From positions 93,372,001-93,436,000 of the forward strand of contig OZ024745.1 of NCBI GenBank assembly GCA_964016885.1: a stretch of 64,000 nt of DNA, written 5' to 3'. The translations under genes were made by a program, and so were the position numbers. The first letter of the stretch is position 1; the number at the start of each line of letters is the position of its first letter. Below are positions 1 to 14,809 of this stretch, in pieces. The stretch is from Eledone cirrhosa. Lineage: Eukaryota. Under the pieces are notes generated by a model. That model was not told the origin of the DNA. It was given only the letters and a program-made list of their open reading frames with translations, and ran no database searches.

Positions 1-680
1 AATTTGTTCAGTAAAACTGCTGTTCTTAAGGGCTTTATTATAATAAGGGGCGGCTTTATTAAAAATGTCTATAGGCGAAGATAAGGTAGAAATCCTACGG
101 CTAATGTTGGGAATAAGATTATTAAAAACTATAGGGAGGTGGCAAGACTCTTTGTGTATATACCTAAGATTTTCATTAGGTTTATGATAAGGTTTAAAAG
201 AGGCGGTAAGTAGATCAAGATTAATATCAAGAAAGTTAGCATTGGTAAGGTTCGTATCTATAGTGATTTTAAGGTTAAGATTAGCAAAGGTATTGATTAA
301 ATCTTTACGGAATTTATCAAGGTTATGGCCGTTGGTGGTATGAGAAACTGCCAATCCGTCATCACGGTATAAACCGATATTATGGGAAGGAAATTTCTCT
401 TTGAGGGTGTGGAGAAGGAATAATCCTACTGAGTCACACACATCCGCACTGTCATATGAACCCATTGCAACATCAAAAGAGTTTTCAGGGTTTGATTTTT
501 TAACCCAAATATTTTCATTAGTAAAGAGTAAAGTTTTTCTAGCATGAAAGATCATGTCTTCTTCTAATTTAGAAATATTAATGAAGGGTCTTGCAAACTC
601 TAAGGCATTAGTTAATAAAGAAACAGTAATAGAGGGGTAAAAATCAACAATATCATTTATTTGTTGCCTGTATCGCTGTC
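1..680 (-). mobile_element. Penelope-like (Naiad-type) reverse transcriptase fragment, runs off window start
   Basis: Manual minus-strand translation gives DIVDFYPSI...FDVAMGSYDSADVCD...GLYRDDGL...NFLDI...KPYHKPNENLRY, homologous to the RT at 57497-58537. Confidence 0.85.
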
Positions 681-1268
681 AACTTTTGTCTTTATTGTTT
701 TATATATATTTTTTCTTATATTTATTTGTGTGTGTGAATATGTAGAGGTGTGTGTATATTTTTCTAATATTGTGCATGCATATGTATGCATGTATATATG
801 TGTGTATGTATGTGTTTGTATGTACGTGTGTATATACGTATGATTGTGTGTATGTATGTATGTATGTATGTATGTATGTATGTATATGTATGTGTGTATG
901 GCTATGTATGTGAATGTGTATGCATATATATATATATATATTTATATTTCTATATATATATGTGTATATATATGTGTGTGGTTGTATATATGTATGTGTA
1001 TGTATGGATATGTTGATATTTATGTGTGTATGTATGTGTATATGTATGTGTATGTATATATATACACATATATATGTGTATATGTGTGTATGTATGTGTG
1101 TATGTATATATATATATATATGTGTGTATGTATATAATCGTGTGTGTGTGTGTTTGCATGTGTGTTTTTATTTTATTTTTCCTTTCCTTCTTCCTTCTCC
1201 AGCCTCACTTTCATATAGATTGCATTTTTGTTTTTTAAAATCCAATATCAATAAATAGACCAGGATTT

Positions 1269-1328
1269 TTTCATCCTGATGATAAAAAGCAACATTTTTT
1301 GCTTTTAAGAAACCACTGGTAAATGGAA
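1269..1328 (+). ncRNA. Type I hammerhead ribozyme (PLE pLTR type)
   Basis: tttcatc-CTGATGA-stem II AAAAGCAA/TTGCTTTT-GAAA-CCAcTGG-TA-aatggaa. Confidence 0.75.
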
Positions 1329-1422
1329 TAATTGCCTTATGTTGTTTATTACATAACTATTAAGCTCTGTTACCTACATAGAGCACTCTTTTTTCCTGGA
1401 CTTTTCCGACGGAATTACTTCA

Positions 1423-1487
<65 letters not shown>

Positions 1488-1596
1488 TTCGTATCTTCAA
1501 AGAAATACAGTTTTAGGAAGCCGTAGCTATGCAAACACCGGGGGCGGGGGGAGGTCTAACGCCCTCTGGTAATGTCCAGCAGAAGCAAGGGGGACA

Positions 1597-1640
1597 ACCG
1601 TCTATACATTTCAGGCTTAACTGGCCTTCGTCAGAACGGT
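1597..1640 (-). ncRNA. Minimal type I hammerhead ribozyme
   Basis: rc: accgtt-CTGACGA-AGGC cagttaa GCCT-GAAA-tgta-TA-gacggt; 6-bp stem I. Confidence 0.85.
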
Positions 1641-1699
1641 CCCTCCCACCGCTTGCGACTGCTGGACTAGAAGACAGGCGAAAATATATCATTTTCTCG

Positions 1700-1749
<50 letters not shown>

Positions 1750-1757
1750 CGAGAAAA

Positions 1758-1798
<41 letters not shown>

Positions 1799-1880
1799 AT
1801 AGATCAGAAAGGGAGTGGTAAAATACCAAATGGACCATAACCCACCAGAGTACTCAATACTTGGGGTAGTAGAGTGGGTA

Positions 1881-2287
1881 ATATGAAAAGATTCAGGACC
1901 CCGACGGCTGAGCTCCAGCTGTTTCAACAGCTAGATCCAGACTAAATTGCGGGTATTTGAACAGCAGGAATCTAGTTGAACTTATCATTTGGCCATGTCT
2001 AGCCTCTCACTACCAAAAATGTAATAAATAAAATACACGACATTTAGCAAGACTATACCAGCCATTTGATCAAAGGTCCCCCCCCCCCCGCCCCCAGATC
2101 ACTGACCACTACCGAAAAAAACAGCTAACTTAAAATTTTTGGGATCATTTTTGCTTTGACTGTATGCCCATATATGGACTGTACCCCTTGATAAGTTCAG
2201 CTAGATTTCCGCCGTTCAAATACTGGTGATTTAGTTCGGATCTAACTGCCAAAATAGCCACAGCTCAGCCATAGGAGTCCTGAATCT

Positions 2288-2295
<8 letters not shown>
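1881..2295. repeat. Diverged inverted pair of PLE pLTR fragments carrying degenerate U3-A8 hammerheads
   Basis: 1881-1988 is the approximate reverse complement of 2188-2295; consensus CCCC-TTGATAA-long stem II-GAAA-CAGCTG..CAGCCG-TC-GGGG. Confidence 0.6.
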
Positions 2296-2349
<54 letters not shown>

Positions 2350-2373
2350 CCTTGCAAGCAGGGAAAAGCGGAC

Positions 2374-3193
2374 GACTCCTTCTTCCTCACTTTTCGTTGC
2401 TTCACCATCTTTGTCTGTTTACACTCTCGTGTCCCCTTTATTTATGTGTCCCAACGACTTTTTTTAGCCGTTGCTCGCACCAACCGGAGGTATATGGTCT
2501 TTAAAGCGATGAAAAACCAATGATGGTTGGAAGATCACTGATGAAGGACTAACTTTATTCATATGTAACCCATTAGCAACCACGCAGCACGTTTATTCTC
2601 ATATTTACACATATTTTTTTCCCCGCTGTGACCCGTCTATTTCGTTCTTACTGCTTCCTCTTTCTCTGTATCTTTACCCTCTCTAGCAGTCACTCTCTCT
2701 GTTAGCCTCTTCCCCACCCTTCACTCACTCATTCTCTGTTACTACCTCTCCTCCTCCTCCTTCTTCCCGTTTGACCTGTGCGTAATTCTTTTCTTTCGCA
2801 CCCTTGGTCAGGCAGGTCGCTTTTTTTCTCTCTCTCGTCTGCGATTTCACAGAACTTACGTTCACCGAATTCACAGACTAGATTCCTTCTTCCCCCCGTT
2901 AGACCTGTACGGAATTCCTTCCTTGCTCACATTCCAACCAGGTTTGATGGTCTTTATTCTCTCTCGTTCACGATTTCACCGAATTTATATTCATGGAAAT
3001 TTGGGACTTGACTCCTTCTTCCTCACTTTTCGTTGCTTCACCATCTTTGTCTGTTTACACTCTCGTGTCCCCTTTATTTACGTGTCCCAACGACTTTTTT
3101 TAGCCGTTGCTCGCACCAACCGGAGGTATATGGTCTTTAAAGCGATGAACTACCAATGATGGTTGGAAGATCACTGATGAAGGACTAACTTTA

Positions 3194-3199
<6 letters not shown>
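2374..3199. repeat. About 187-bp near-identical direct repeat (2374-2560 and 3010-3199) around a CT-rich spacer
   Basis: gactccttcttcctcacttttcg...gatcactgatgaaggactaactttattcatat occurs twice. Confidence 0.9.
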
Positions 3200-3225
<26 letters not shown>

Positions 3226-3228
<3 letters not shown>

Positions 3229-5023
3229 TCATCATCGTTTAACGTCTATCTTCCACACTAGCATGGGTTTAGACGGGAATTGTCCCACTTGAGGCAAGAT
3301 TGGTCGTCTCGCTCGTATGGGACTGTCTGGCAGGTTTTCTATGGCTGGTTGCCCTTCCTAACACTAACCACGTTTACAGTGTGGACTGGGAGGTTTTCAC
3401 CATGTTACCTACATAGTCACATTACAGCGTGGACTGTGTGTTTTTTTGTCGTGACACCTACACGACCTCATTTATTTAGCACTGGATGTTGTAGTACCAA
3501 CATAACTTTTCAGATAAAGGGGTGGTGTTGATGGGGGTGGGGGAGTTGGGGGTAGTGGGAGGGGGATGCATATTTGATTAAGAGGTGCCTATTGACTGTA
3601 GGTTTCGCTTTGTACTTAGGCAAGGCGGGTTTTCTGTATTACTGCGTGACGCCAAAGATCTCGGTCCAGTGACATTGTCTTAGAGAGGTGTAAGTGTGTA
3701 AGGTCGGAATTTATCAAATCATCCCAGGTTTTTATGGGTCTGCCTACTCTGTAATTTCCGTCAATTTTGATCGCCCTGCACTTTTTTTTATACAGCTGTC
3801 GGCTTTCATGCGCATCATGTGACCATACCATCGTAGTCTTTTGAGTAAATAGCATCTGATCCCTCTTATACCTAATTTCTCACTTAGTTCATTTATGCTT
3901 TGCTGTTCACATATATTACTATTACACATCCAGTGGAGCATGCATGCTTTGTTACTCTCCAGTCTGTGCAGATCCTCTGCACACAATGCCCCTGTCTCAC
4001 GGCCATGTAACATAGCTGTTCATATGCAGGCATCATACAGTATGCCTTTCATTTTTATAGAGAAACCTTTAGCGGCCAATAGTGGTATAAGCTCTCTGAA
4101 CTTTTTCCATCCCGTTCTGACTCTAGCTACTGTACTTTCTGAGCACCCTCCACCACTGCTGATTTTGTCACTCGGGTAACGGAAGGTGTCCACTATTTCT
4201 ATAGAGCCATCTGGGAAATAGAAGGAGCTAGTATCCTGTGGGCGCTTGCTACTTATTGCACCTGAGCACCGGCCGGCCACATATAAAATCTACGTTCTTA
4301 GATTGCTTACCTGTGATCCCACTACATCTTTTATGCACCCATACTTTGCATTTGGGACATACAATGGAATTTATGCCTACTCTTTTCCTACACACTAAGC
4401 ATGGCCATTTTCCAGAGGGGGACCTGTGGCCTATTTTCCTTCCTAGACAAGTTAATTTTAAGGCCTTTTGATTCTGAGGGGCAATAATAAATAGGAGGGG
4501 GTTAGGACAGAACCCTGATGGACACCAACTTTTATGCTAAATTCTTCACTATATTCGTTGTTAATTCTAACCTTGCTGACTGTTTCTTTATACATGGCTT
4601 GTATAGCTCTCACAAGCCATTCATCAACCCCTAGTTTTCTAAGAGCCCACCAGATAATGGCGCAGGGAACTCTGTCAAAGGCTTTCTCCAAGTCAACAAA
4701 AGTTAAGTAGAGGGGTTTACTTTTAGCTAGGTACTTCTCCTGTAATTGTCGTACAAGGAAAAGGGCGTCTGTGGTACTTTTACCTGACACAAACCCAAAC
4801 TGAATTTTGTCTAGATCAATTTGCTCTCTGATTAGTTGCGCTATAACTTTTTCTGTGGCCTTCATGACCTAGTCAATTAATTTAATGCCTCTATAGTTTC
4901 CTCTATCTAGTGCATCTCCTTTACCCTTGTAGCAGTTAATGATGATGCTGCTACGCCAGTCATTTGGTATTACCCCGTTCTGTATGACTTGGTTTACTAT
5001 CCGTGTGACCATAGTGTGTCCCA
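3226..5023 (-). mobile_element. RTE-BovB LINE family A, 5'-truncated, internally deleted, degenerate
   Basis: ORF pieces with FVDLEKAFDRVP, GVHQGSVL, RLRWYGH; 3' UTR ends in (GAT)n; close match to 10049-12768. Confidence 0.9.
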
Positions 5024-5330
5024 ATATATATAAATTAATTACCTAATACGTTTTTACATTAAATAATGATTTATCATAAAATTTAATGTAAAAACGTATT
5101 TTGTAATTACTTTAATGAATAATTAGCTTCATGCGTAATTATTACTTTTAACAATAGGATTTTGTATCCATGCTTATTTGAAAAACCTTTCAAGGAAGTA
5201 TGAAGCACAGCCTTTTGTACTATCTATTATAATAAGTTATTGTATTTTGAACTGTTTTAACTTTTCCACCAACCTCTTTCCAATTTTTATATTGTTATGT
5301 AAAAAACGATATTTGTTTCATATACATATA

Positions 5331-6390
<1,060 letters not shown>

Positions 6391-7169
6391 ATGTTTTACC
6401 GGCGAAGATTCGAAACCGAATCTGAGGTTTCTCGCCTCTGGGACCACCCATTATTGGAGGGTTCCCACCATTGTTTTGTCAAGACAATGATGATAAACAT
6501 ACATACCACTTGACCTGTGACCCCCAGCTTCCTGGGAGATGATATCCACATGGCTGATCATAAATCAACTTCATATACACATCCTTCTAACTATAGATTT
6601 ATTATAAATACAAGGACTTTGGGAACCCAGGACGCAGACCAAAGCAGACATGCGTGAAAGATAACGATGTAAGCATCAGTAGGCCTTTTACCCTTTCTTT
6701 CTCCTGGCCTTACTAATTTTCACCTTCTCAAACACAGACTACGCCACCAGACGAGAGAGACCGAAGCAGTAGTCCTTGAAGGCAATAACGAATACTAAGA
6801 CGCTCATGCACTCACACACTCAATAGGTTTGATTATACTGTTTATTTCTGTGTTTTATCTATTCTTGCGTCTTCCTGTAGAATCACTTATATTGTATCAT
6901 CGTATAGATACATGCATGCACGCTAGCTAGAAGTAGCTAGCCACCAATTAATGTAGCGATAAATTCTGTCACATATTGTTATTGTCAAATAAACATTGTC
7001 AACATCACAATCCTGGCATTATTCTTCTTGTCAAACATCCATCAAAGAATAACATTTAAACGCTACACATATATATATATATAATATTATTATTTCTGGC
7101 AATATTATAACAATATGACCCTCCCCAAATATAACAATATATATATATGTATGTAAAAGATAAACAGAA

Positions 7170-10040
7170 ATAACAACACAATTGGTACAGTATATGGAAG
7201 GGATATATTAGGTTAACACTTGATATAGCAGGAAGAGGGTCTTAACGTTTCGGACGCTAGTCCTTCATCAGAAGAAAGAATGAGAAATAAGATAGATTGA
7301 GGAGACGGGCGGGTCGGAATTGGAAAAAAATGTCTTTAGATAAAAATAACAGGTCCATTCATGTTGACATCTCTTGCAAAACTGTTGGTGCTGGCGTTTT
7401 GTGTATGATTTATTTTTTAGAAAAGTGTATGATGGAGTGCGTCTACTTGAAATGGAAAAAAAACGTTTTGTAAAAACAGCTATGTGTGTGTGTGTCTTAT
7501 TATACGTCCGTATGAAGCTAAGAAGAAATGTGTGTGTATATGTGAGTAAAAGCGTGTGTGTGCATGTAAGTATGAAGCTTATGAGCAAAAGTATGTTAAT
7601 ATAAGGGTGTGTATGTGTGTATACAGAGCAATGAAGGGAAAAGTGGAGTGAGCATGTATAGTCGGCATATATTAATTGTAAGAGAAGCTGCTAATGATCA
7701 AGAGAAAGCAATAGGAATCTAGGGGTGTGATAATGCACGGGGTATTAAAGAAATTGGGGTGGTGAGTTGAGTCCAAGAGGGGAATAGGACCCAAGGTGCT
7801 GAATCAGACTTTGTTCAGTCCTGGTGTGCGAGGCCTGTGATCCATGATGGAAAAGGACACCCAGGTCTGAAACATGTAGGGAAGAATGACTAGGAGAACA
7901 GAAATGACAGGCGACAGTATTATCCAAACCGAGTCGTATGTCCCTCAAATGCTCAGCAAAATGGTCCGCCATACAGCGTCCTGTTTGTCCAATATATAAA
8001 GACCCACAAAGGAAATACCGGAGGACAGCATAGACAACGTGCAGGTGAATGAGTGGCGAATACGGAAAGACCTGGTAGGGCCTATAAGAGTGGTGAGGGT
8101 GGAAATGGAGGGACAAGTGTTGCAGCGGGAACAGGAACAAGGATGAGAGCCGGGTGGAGTCATGGGAGAGGACAAGAAGGAACTGCGAACCAGGAGGTCG
8201 CGGAGTTTGTGGGCACGCTTAAAAGCAGTAATGGGTGGGTTTGGAAAAAAGCGAGAAGTGACGGGGTCAGAAGAGAGGATACGGAAGGAACGGAGGATAT
8301 GTCGGTGGAGTGGTAGGGTGATGGGAGTGGTAGGTGAGAGGGAAAGGAATGTTGGTGTTGGGAGGGCGAGGGGGGTGAGAGGGCTGTGATGCGGGTGAGA
8401 GCAGCTTGGATCAGGGTGGGGGAGTATCCACGCTGGATGAAGCAGGAAGCCATGAGAAGGGAATGGGTTTCAAAATCATCGTCCTGGCTACAGAGCCGAC
8501 GGAGACGGAGGAATTGGGAATAGGGTATGGAGAGTTTGGTGTGGGTTGGATGGGAGTGGGTGAAGTCGAGGTAAGATTGGGAGTCTGTTGGTTTAATAAA
8601 GATGGAAGTAGAGAGGGTGTGGTGAGAGTGATTAATAGATAGAGAGATATCTAGAAAAGCGACAGAAGAATCGGAGACGGAGGCAGTGAAATGGAGAGCA
8701 GGATGGAAAGATTGGACAAAAGAAAGAAAGCAGTCGAGCTGTTCTCATGATAGAGAGGTGGCGCCCATACAGTTGTCGATATAACGACCGTATAGCTCAG
8801 GAGTCGGTCCAGCGTACTGAGAGAATATCTGGGCTTCAACATAGCCAACAAACAATTTGGCATAGTTTGGACCCATTCTGGTTCCCATCACTACCCCAAA
8901 GACCTGCTGATAAAATACACCCAAAAAAGAAAACCCATTGAGGGTGAGAACAAGCTCAGCCAGACGGAGAAGAGTGGTAGTGCTGGGGTAAGGGGTAGGG
9001 CGTAAATTAAAAAAATGCTGGAGAGCGCGGAGGCCGTATTCATAAGGATATAGAGAGAAGTGATGTCCAGGGTAAAGAGAAGGCGGGAGAGACCAGGAGG
9101 GAAGGAGAAGGAGTTGAAAAGTCTAAGGGCCATGATTTGTATTGTGGATGTGGGAGGGGAGATTGCCGACCAACGGGGCGAGGATGGTGTCTAAATATTC
9201 AGAAATTATCTTGGTGGGGCAGTTGCACGCAGAAACGATAGGACGGCCAGGATTATTTTGTTTGTGTATTTTGGGGAGGAATTAGATGGTGGGTGTGCGA
9301 GGGGTGCGTACAATAAGGTTGGTGGTTGTGGGGGGTAGGTGAAAGGAGGAGATGAGCTCGTGGATGGTGGAGGACATGAGTTGTTGGTAGCCAGGAGTGG
9401 GGTCGGAGGATAAAGGGAGGTAAAAAAAGGGTATTGTGAAGCTGGCGGAGAGCCTCAGCCCTATAGAGGTCAGCGCTCCAAACCACCGCAGCGCCACCTT
9501 TGTCAGCGGATTTGATGACAATGTCATCGCGACGCTGAAGGTTGCGAAGAGCGGATAGCTCAGTTCGCGTGATGTTAGAGCGACGACATTGCTGGTGGAA
9601 ACGGAACTGATTCACAGTACGCCGGCAAGTATCGACAAAGGAGTCGAGGGTGGTGAACTGGCCAGAGCTCGGCGTCCAATGTGATAGCCGGAAGAACCCT
9701 TCAATATTGGCGTGTGTGCAGAACTAATCGCAGGTAGATGTGGTTGGTATAAAACGTAAACCACGGGCGAGGAGGGAGTGCTCAGCTTCGGAGAGTGGTA
9801 GGTCCTGGGGTATGGTGACTACAGTGCAGGGACGTGAGGGAGTGAAAGAGGCGGAGGCGGAGGGGTTAAGGTGGTTGGGCAAAGCGTGTGCAGATTCAGT
9901 GGTAGGGGAGAGGAAAGGGGGTGGTAGGTGACGGCGGGATATAGGAGTTAGGGTTGGAGGTGATATGAGTATGGGTGGTGATGGCAGGCGGGGAGCGGAG
10001 AGAGTCGAGTTTGTGGCTTTTTATGGAAGTGAGGAAATTA
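7170..10040 (-). mobile_element. Penelope-like element (Neptune/Poseidon-like), degenerate RT plus GIY-YIG, with 3' pLTR hammerhead
   Basis: IVIKSADKGG, LFTLDITSLY, GRYIDN (decayed YIDD), SQFLRLRRLCS, LYIGQTGR..FAEH; multiple frameshifts. Confidence 0.88.
7240..7275 (-). ncRNA. Minimal type I hammerhead ribozyme
   Basis: rc: tctt-CTGATGA-a-GGAC tagc GTCC-GAAA-cg-TT-aaga; palindromic AACGTT stem III (dimer type); at the 3' end of the PLE. Confidence 0.9.
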
Positions 10041-10048
10041 TATATATA

Positions 10049-12768
10049 TCATCATCATCATCATCATCATCGTTTAACGTCCATTTTCCACGCTAGCATG
10101 GGTTTAGACAGGATGTGTCCCACTTGAGGCAAGGTTGGTCGGATGACCGTGTCTCGCTCATATAGGACTATCTGGCAGGTTTTCTATGGCTGGATGCCCT
10201 TCCTAACACCAACCACATTTACAGTGTGGAACTGGGAACTTTTTACCGTGCTACCTACACGGCCACATTACAGCGTGGACTGTGTTTTTTCTCATGACAC
10301 CTACACGATCTCAATCTCATTATCTCATTTATTTGGACTGAATGTTGTGGTACCAACTTTACAGAGAGAGGGTGGTGTTGGTGGGAGTGGAGGATAGGGT
10401 AGGGGTAGTGGATTGGGGTATATATTTGGTTAAGAGGTGCCTACTGACTGTAGGTTTCGCTTTGTACATAGGCAAGGCAGGTCTTCTGTATTACTGTGTA
10501 GCGCCAAAGTTCTCGGTCCAGTGACATTGTCTTAGAGAGGTGCAAGTGTGTAAGATCGGAATTTATCAGATCGTCCCAGGTTTTTCTGGGTCTACCTACT
10601 CCATAACTACCATCAATTTTGATCGCCCTGCACTTTTTTATACAGCTGTCGTCTTTCATGCGCATCACATGGCCATACCAATGTAGTCTTCTCTCAAGTA
10701 AACAGCATCTGATCCCTCTTATTCTTAATTTCTCACTTAGTTCATTTATGCTTTGCCGTTCACGTATATTACTATTACACATCCAACGGAGCATGCATGC
10801 TTCGTTCCTTTCCAGTCTGCGCAGGTCCTCTGCATGTAATGCCCAGGTCTCACTGCCATGTAGCATTGCTGTTCGTATACAAGCATCATACAATCTGCCT
10901 TTCATTTTTAGAGAGAAACCTTTTGTGGCCAACAGCGGTATAAGCTCTCAGACCCTTTTCCATCCCGTTCTGACTCTGGCTACTGTACTTTCAGAACACC
11001 CTCCACCACTGCTGATTTCGTCACCCAGGTAACGGAAAGTGTCTACTATTTCTATAGAACCATCTGAGCAATAGAAGGAGCTAGTATCCTGTGGACACTT
11101 GCTACCTATTGCACCTGAGCATCGGCCACATATAAAGTCTACGTTCTTATATAGTTTACCTGTGATCCCACTACATCTTTTATGCACCCATACTTTGCAT
11201 TTGGGACATAAAATTAAATTTATGCCTACTCCTTTCCTACACACTGAGCATGGCCATTTCCCTGAGGGTACCTGTGCCTTATTTTCCTTTCTACAAACTA
11301 GGACTTTAGTCTTAGACAAGTTAACTTTAAGGCCTTTTGATTCTAGGCCATGCTTCCATGTTTGGAATTTCTTCTCTAGTTCAGCCATTGATTCAACTAT
11401 GAGCATCTGCGTATAGGAGTTCCCATGGGCAGCCGGTCTTGAACTCCTCTGTTATAGCCTGAAGGGCAATAATAAATAGGAGGGGGCTAAGGACAGAGCC
11501 TTGGTGAACACCAACTTTTACACTAAATTCTTCACAATATTCATTCTTAATTCTAACCTTACTGACTGTTTCAGTATACATAGCTTGTATTGCTCTCACA
11601 AGCCATTCATCTACACCTAGTTTTCTAAGAGCCCACCAGATAATGGAGCGGGGGACTCTGTCAAAGGCTTTCCCCAGGTCTACAAAAGCTAAGTAGAGGG
11701 GTTTACTTTTAGCTAGGTACTTCTCTTGTAGTTGTCGTACAAGGAAAAGAACGTCTGTGGTACTTTTACCTGACAAAAACCCAAACTGCATTTCATCTAG
11801 ATCAATTCGTTCTCTGATTAGTTGCGCTATAACTTTTTCTGTGACCTTCATGACCTGGTCAACTAACTTAATGCCTCTATAGTTTCCTCTATCTAGAGCA
11901 TCTCCTTTACCCTTGTAGCAGTTAATGATGTTAACTATGCCAGTCTTTTGGTATGACCCCATTCTGTATTACTTGGTTAACTATACGGGTGACCATAGTA
12001 TGTCCCACCATTCCAGATGCCTTCAACATCTCAGCAACTATCTCCGAAGGCCCAGCTGCCTTGCCTGTCTTCATATCTTTGATTGCCTTACTTATTATAC
12101 TACCTTTAACTTGCACCGCTGGTCCTTCTATTGGATCGATTTGGGGCAGACTATCTTTTTCCCACTTATTCTCCTCATTTAGTAGTCTCTCGTAGTGACA
12201 CTTCCAGGCTACCTTCTTATCAGCATCAGTGAGGGCAAGTACACCGTTATCATTATGGACACACTTCTCCCCGACAATATCACGGTTTTCCTTGACACAT
12301 TGTCTAGCAATCCTGGACACCTCACGTTTTTGATCTTCACGTTGTAGAACATGCTTGAACTTTCTTTCCTCTGCTTCCCTTCTTGCAAGGTACACTTGTC
12401 TCCTAGCTTCTCTCCTGGCCACTTGATAGTGCTCTCTACTTCCCCAATCCTGCCATACTTTCCATGCCTGCTTTTTGGCCTTGATTGTCTCTTCCACCTT
12501 ACTGTTCCACCACCAAGTTACTCTCCTCCTGCCAATTGGTCTGCTCCAGCCACAGATTTCATCCGTTGCTTTCAGCAGGTTCACTTTCAAGAATTGCCAC
12601 TGTTCCTCTATATCGCACATCTCTAATTGCTCTTCCTTATTGTCAAAGGCATCAAGTATAAGCTTTTAAATTTGTTACTGGCTATGGGGTCCTTCAACTT
12701 CCATAGGTAGGCCTCCTCTGTCGTTGAGTACGTCTATTCCTGACTATGAGGTCACTAACTACTAGGCT
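10049..12768 (-). mobile_element. RTE-BovB LINE family A, 5'-truncated, frameshifted
   Basis: VTWWWN, KAAGP, YKGKGDALDRGNYRGIKL, GVHQGSVLSP, ELLYAD, PHD-like CSVC..HKRC insert, (GAT)n tail. Confidence 0.93.
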
Positions 12769-13277
12769 ATATATATATATATATAAATGTAATCAGAGTT
12801 ATTTTGAATATTAATCAGTCAGAACTGTATATTAGCAGACCCACTGATAACTATTTGTTAGTTATTTGAATATGGCAAAGCCAGCCATTAATTGCTCATA
12901 TACATGAAACTGACTGGCCTATCAGCTGATATGCAAATTTGGCTGATCAGTGGGTCTGCTAATATGCAGATCAGGAAGTCTGCTAACATGCAAATCAGGC
13001 TGATCAGTCACTGTATATTTCAGAAAATATCATATATTTTCACTAGCTCTGACATTAGGCAGGTAAGCAGTATACAGTACTGATGAAGGGTAATCACCGA
13101 GAAACATTAGTGTCTCCCATTCTGTTTATATGCCAACACAAGAGCAAGAATGATGGGCTCATTCTACTGACATGTGTTAAAGAGGCTGTTTGCATAATTG
13201 TAAACGAATTGAATATTATTTATATATATATATATACACACACATATAGAGATATACACACACACACACACATATAT

Positions 13278-13308
<31 letters not shown>

Positions 13309-13565
13309 AAATTATTTTTATGTCCAGTTCCCACATCGGCATGGGTTTGACAGGTTGTCACTGGCTGTAACCAGATTGGTCAAAGTGATCTCATCTTGCT
13401 CATATCTCCCGTATAAGGCATAATTTTTATGGCTGAATGCCTTTCCTAACAACAACCACCTTACAGGATGTACTGGGTGCGTCTTCTTTCTCCTGGTACC
13501 AACAATAGTATACATACATGTATACATACACACATACATGCATACATACATACACACATACATGC

Positions 13566-14290
13566 ATATTGGACCAACAACCGCTATATTGGCTCCCACT
13601 TTGAAGGATACGCTTTTGCAATCCAAGAACAGGAGATTAGTACAAAATACATGATTCACAAAAGAGATAGGGATGCAGGCAAAACACCTAGATGTGATAA
13701 CAAGTGCAGACTCTGCAGAACTAACATCAAAGATATCACCCATGTCATAAGCAGCTGTCCAAAGATGTCATCACGGTACTATCTACCTATGAGGCATGAT
13801 GTAGTGGCCAAAACACTGTACAATGCAGTTCGTAAAAAAGATAGCTCCGATAATAAACACATTAAAAGCTACAACAATGTGGAAGACATCCATGTACATA
13901 ATATGAAAGAGTACTGGTGGAATGTTCCAGTAAAAACCCCAATAAAATGCAGGCATAACAGACCAGATATTATTATATGGGACAGGGAGAAGAAAACATG
14001 CACAGAAGAAAACATGCCCAGCAGATGCCAATATAATATCAAAGATTAGTGAAAAGGAGAATATTTATGCAGAACTGATGAGAAATCTGCAGATACTTCA
14101 CCCTGATTACACCTTCAGATTTATGCCTGTGATTGTTGGGGCACTGGGGTATGTTAGTAACTGCCTCAGTACAAATCTTGAGAAGCTAGGCTTCACAGGA
14201 ACAGAAAGAACACAACTAGTTAGGAAACTACAAGTACAATCCATTAATGGAACAGTAAAAATATTTAAAACATTCAAACATTTTGCATCT
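13566..14290 (+). mobile_element. R4/Dong-like non-LTR retrotransposon C-terminus (CCHC knuckle plus REL endonuclease)
   Basis: AIQEQ, CRLC..I.HVISSC, MRHD, HNRPDI, PVIVGALG. Confidence 0.85.
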
Positions 14291-14809
14291 AATAACTGCA
14301 TATACACATGTACAGATACAAAGCGTATGCACATGCACACATACAACTCAAAACATACACATCCACACATACAATAACATCCATATCTACACATGCATGC
14401 ATACATACATAATCTACCTAGTTAATGTTGTGGAAATTCCAATGAGAGAGTCTTGTGTTTATGTTAGAAACCGACTCTCTCTCTATTGGTAAAACTTTGT
14501 GAAATTATAAAACCAGAAGAACATACATACATACATACATACATACATACATACATACATACATACATACATACATACATACCTACATACATACACACAT
14601 GCATGCATACATACATGCACACACATACATACACACATACATGCATACCTACATACACACATACATACACACACATACATCCATATACACACACATGCAC
14701 ACCTAATTTATTCTATTGGATGTTATCTATATCCTGCTGAAAGTCAATTATCATTTTTTTCTTACCTTATAAGGAATGCTCTTTGTTAAGTAGACACACC
14801 TTACTTAGC

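Noticed and set aside
661-1258. YI/CV/HT-rich ORFs here and at 22492-25103 and 27040-29250
   Set aside because: Translations of (TA)n/(TG)n microsatellites
2539-2560. CTGATGAAGGAC as a hammerhead (also at 3174)
   Set aside because: No stem II partner or GAAA downstream
12828-12968. Short inverted repeat attagcagacccactgat
   Set aside because: No hammerhead core or clear termini; too weak to classify
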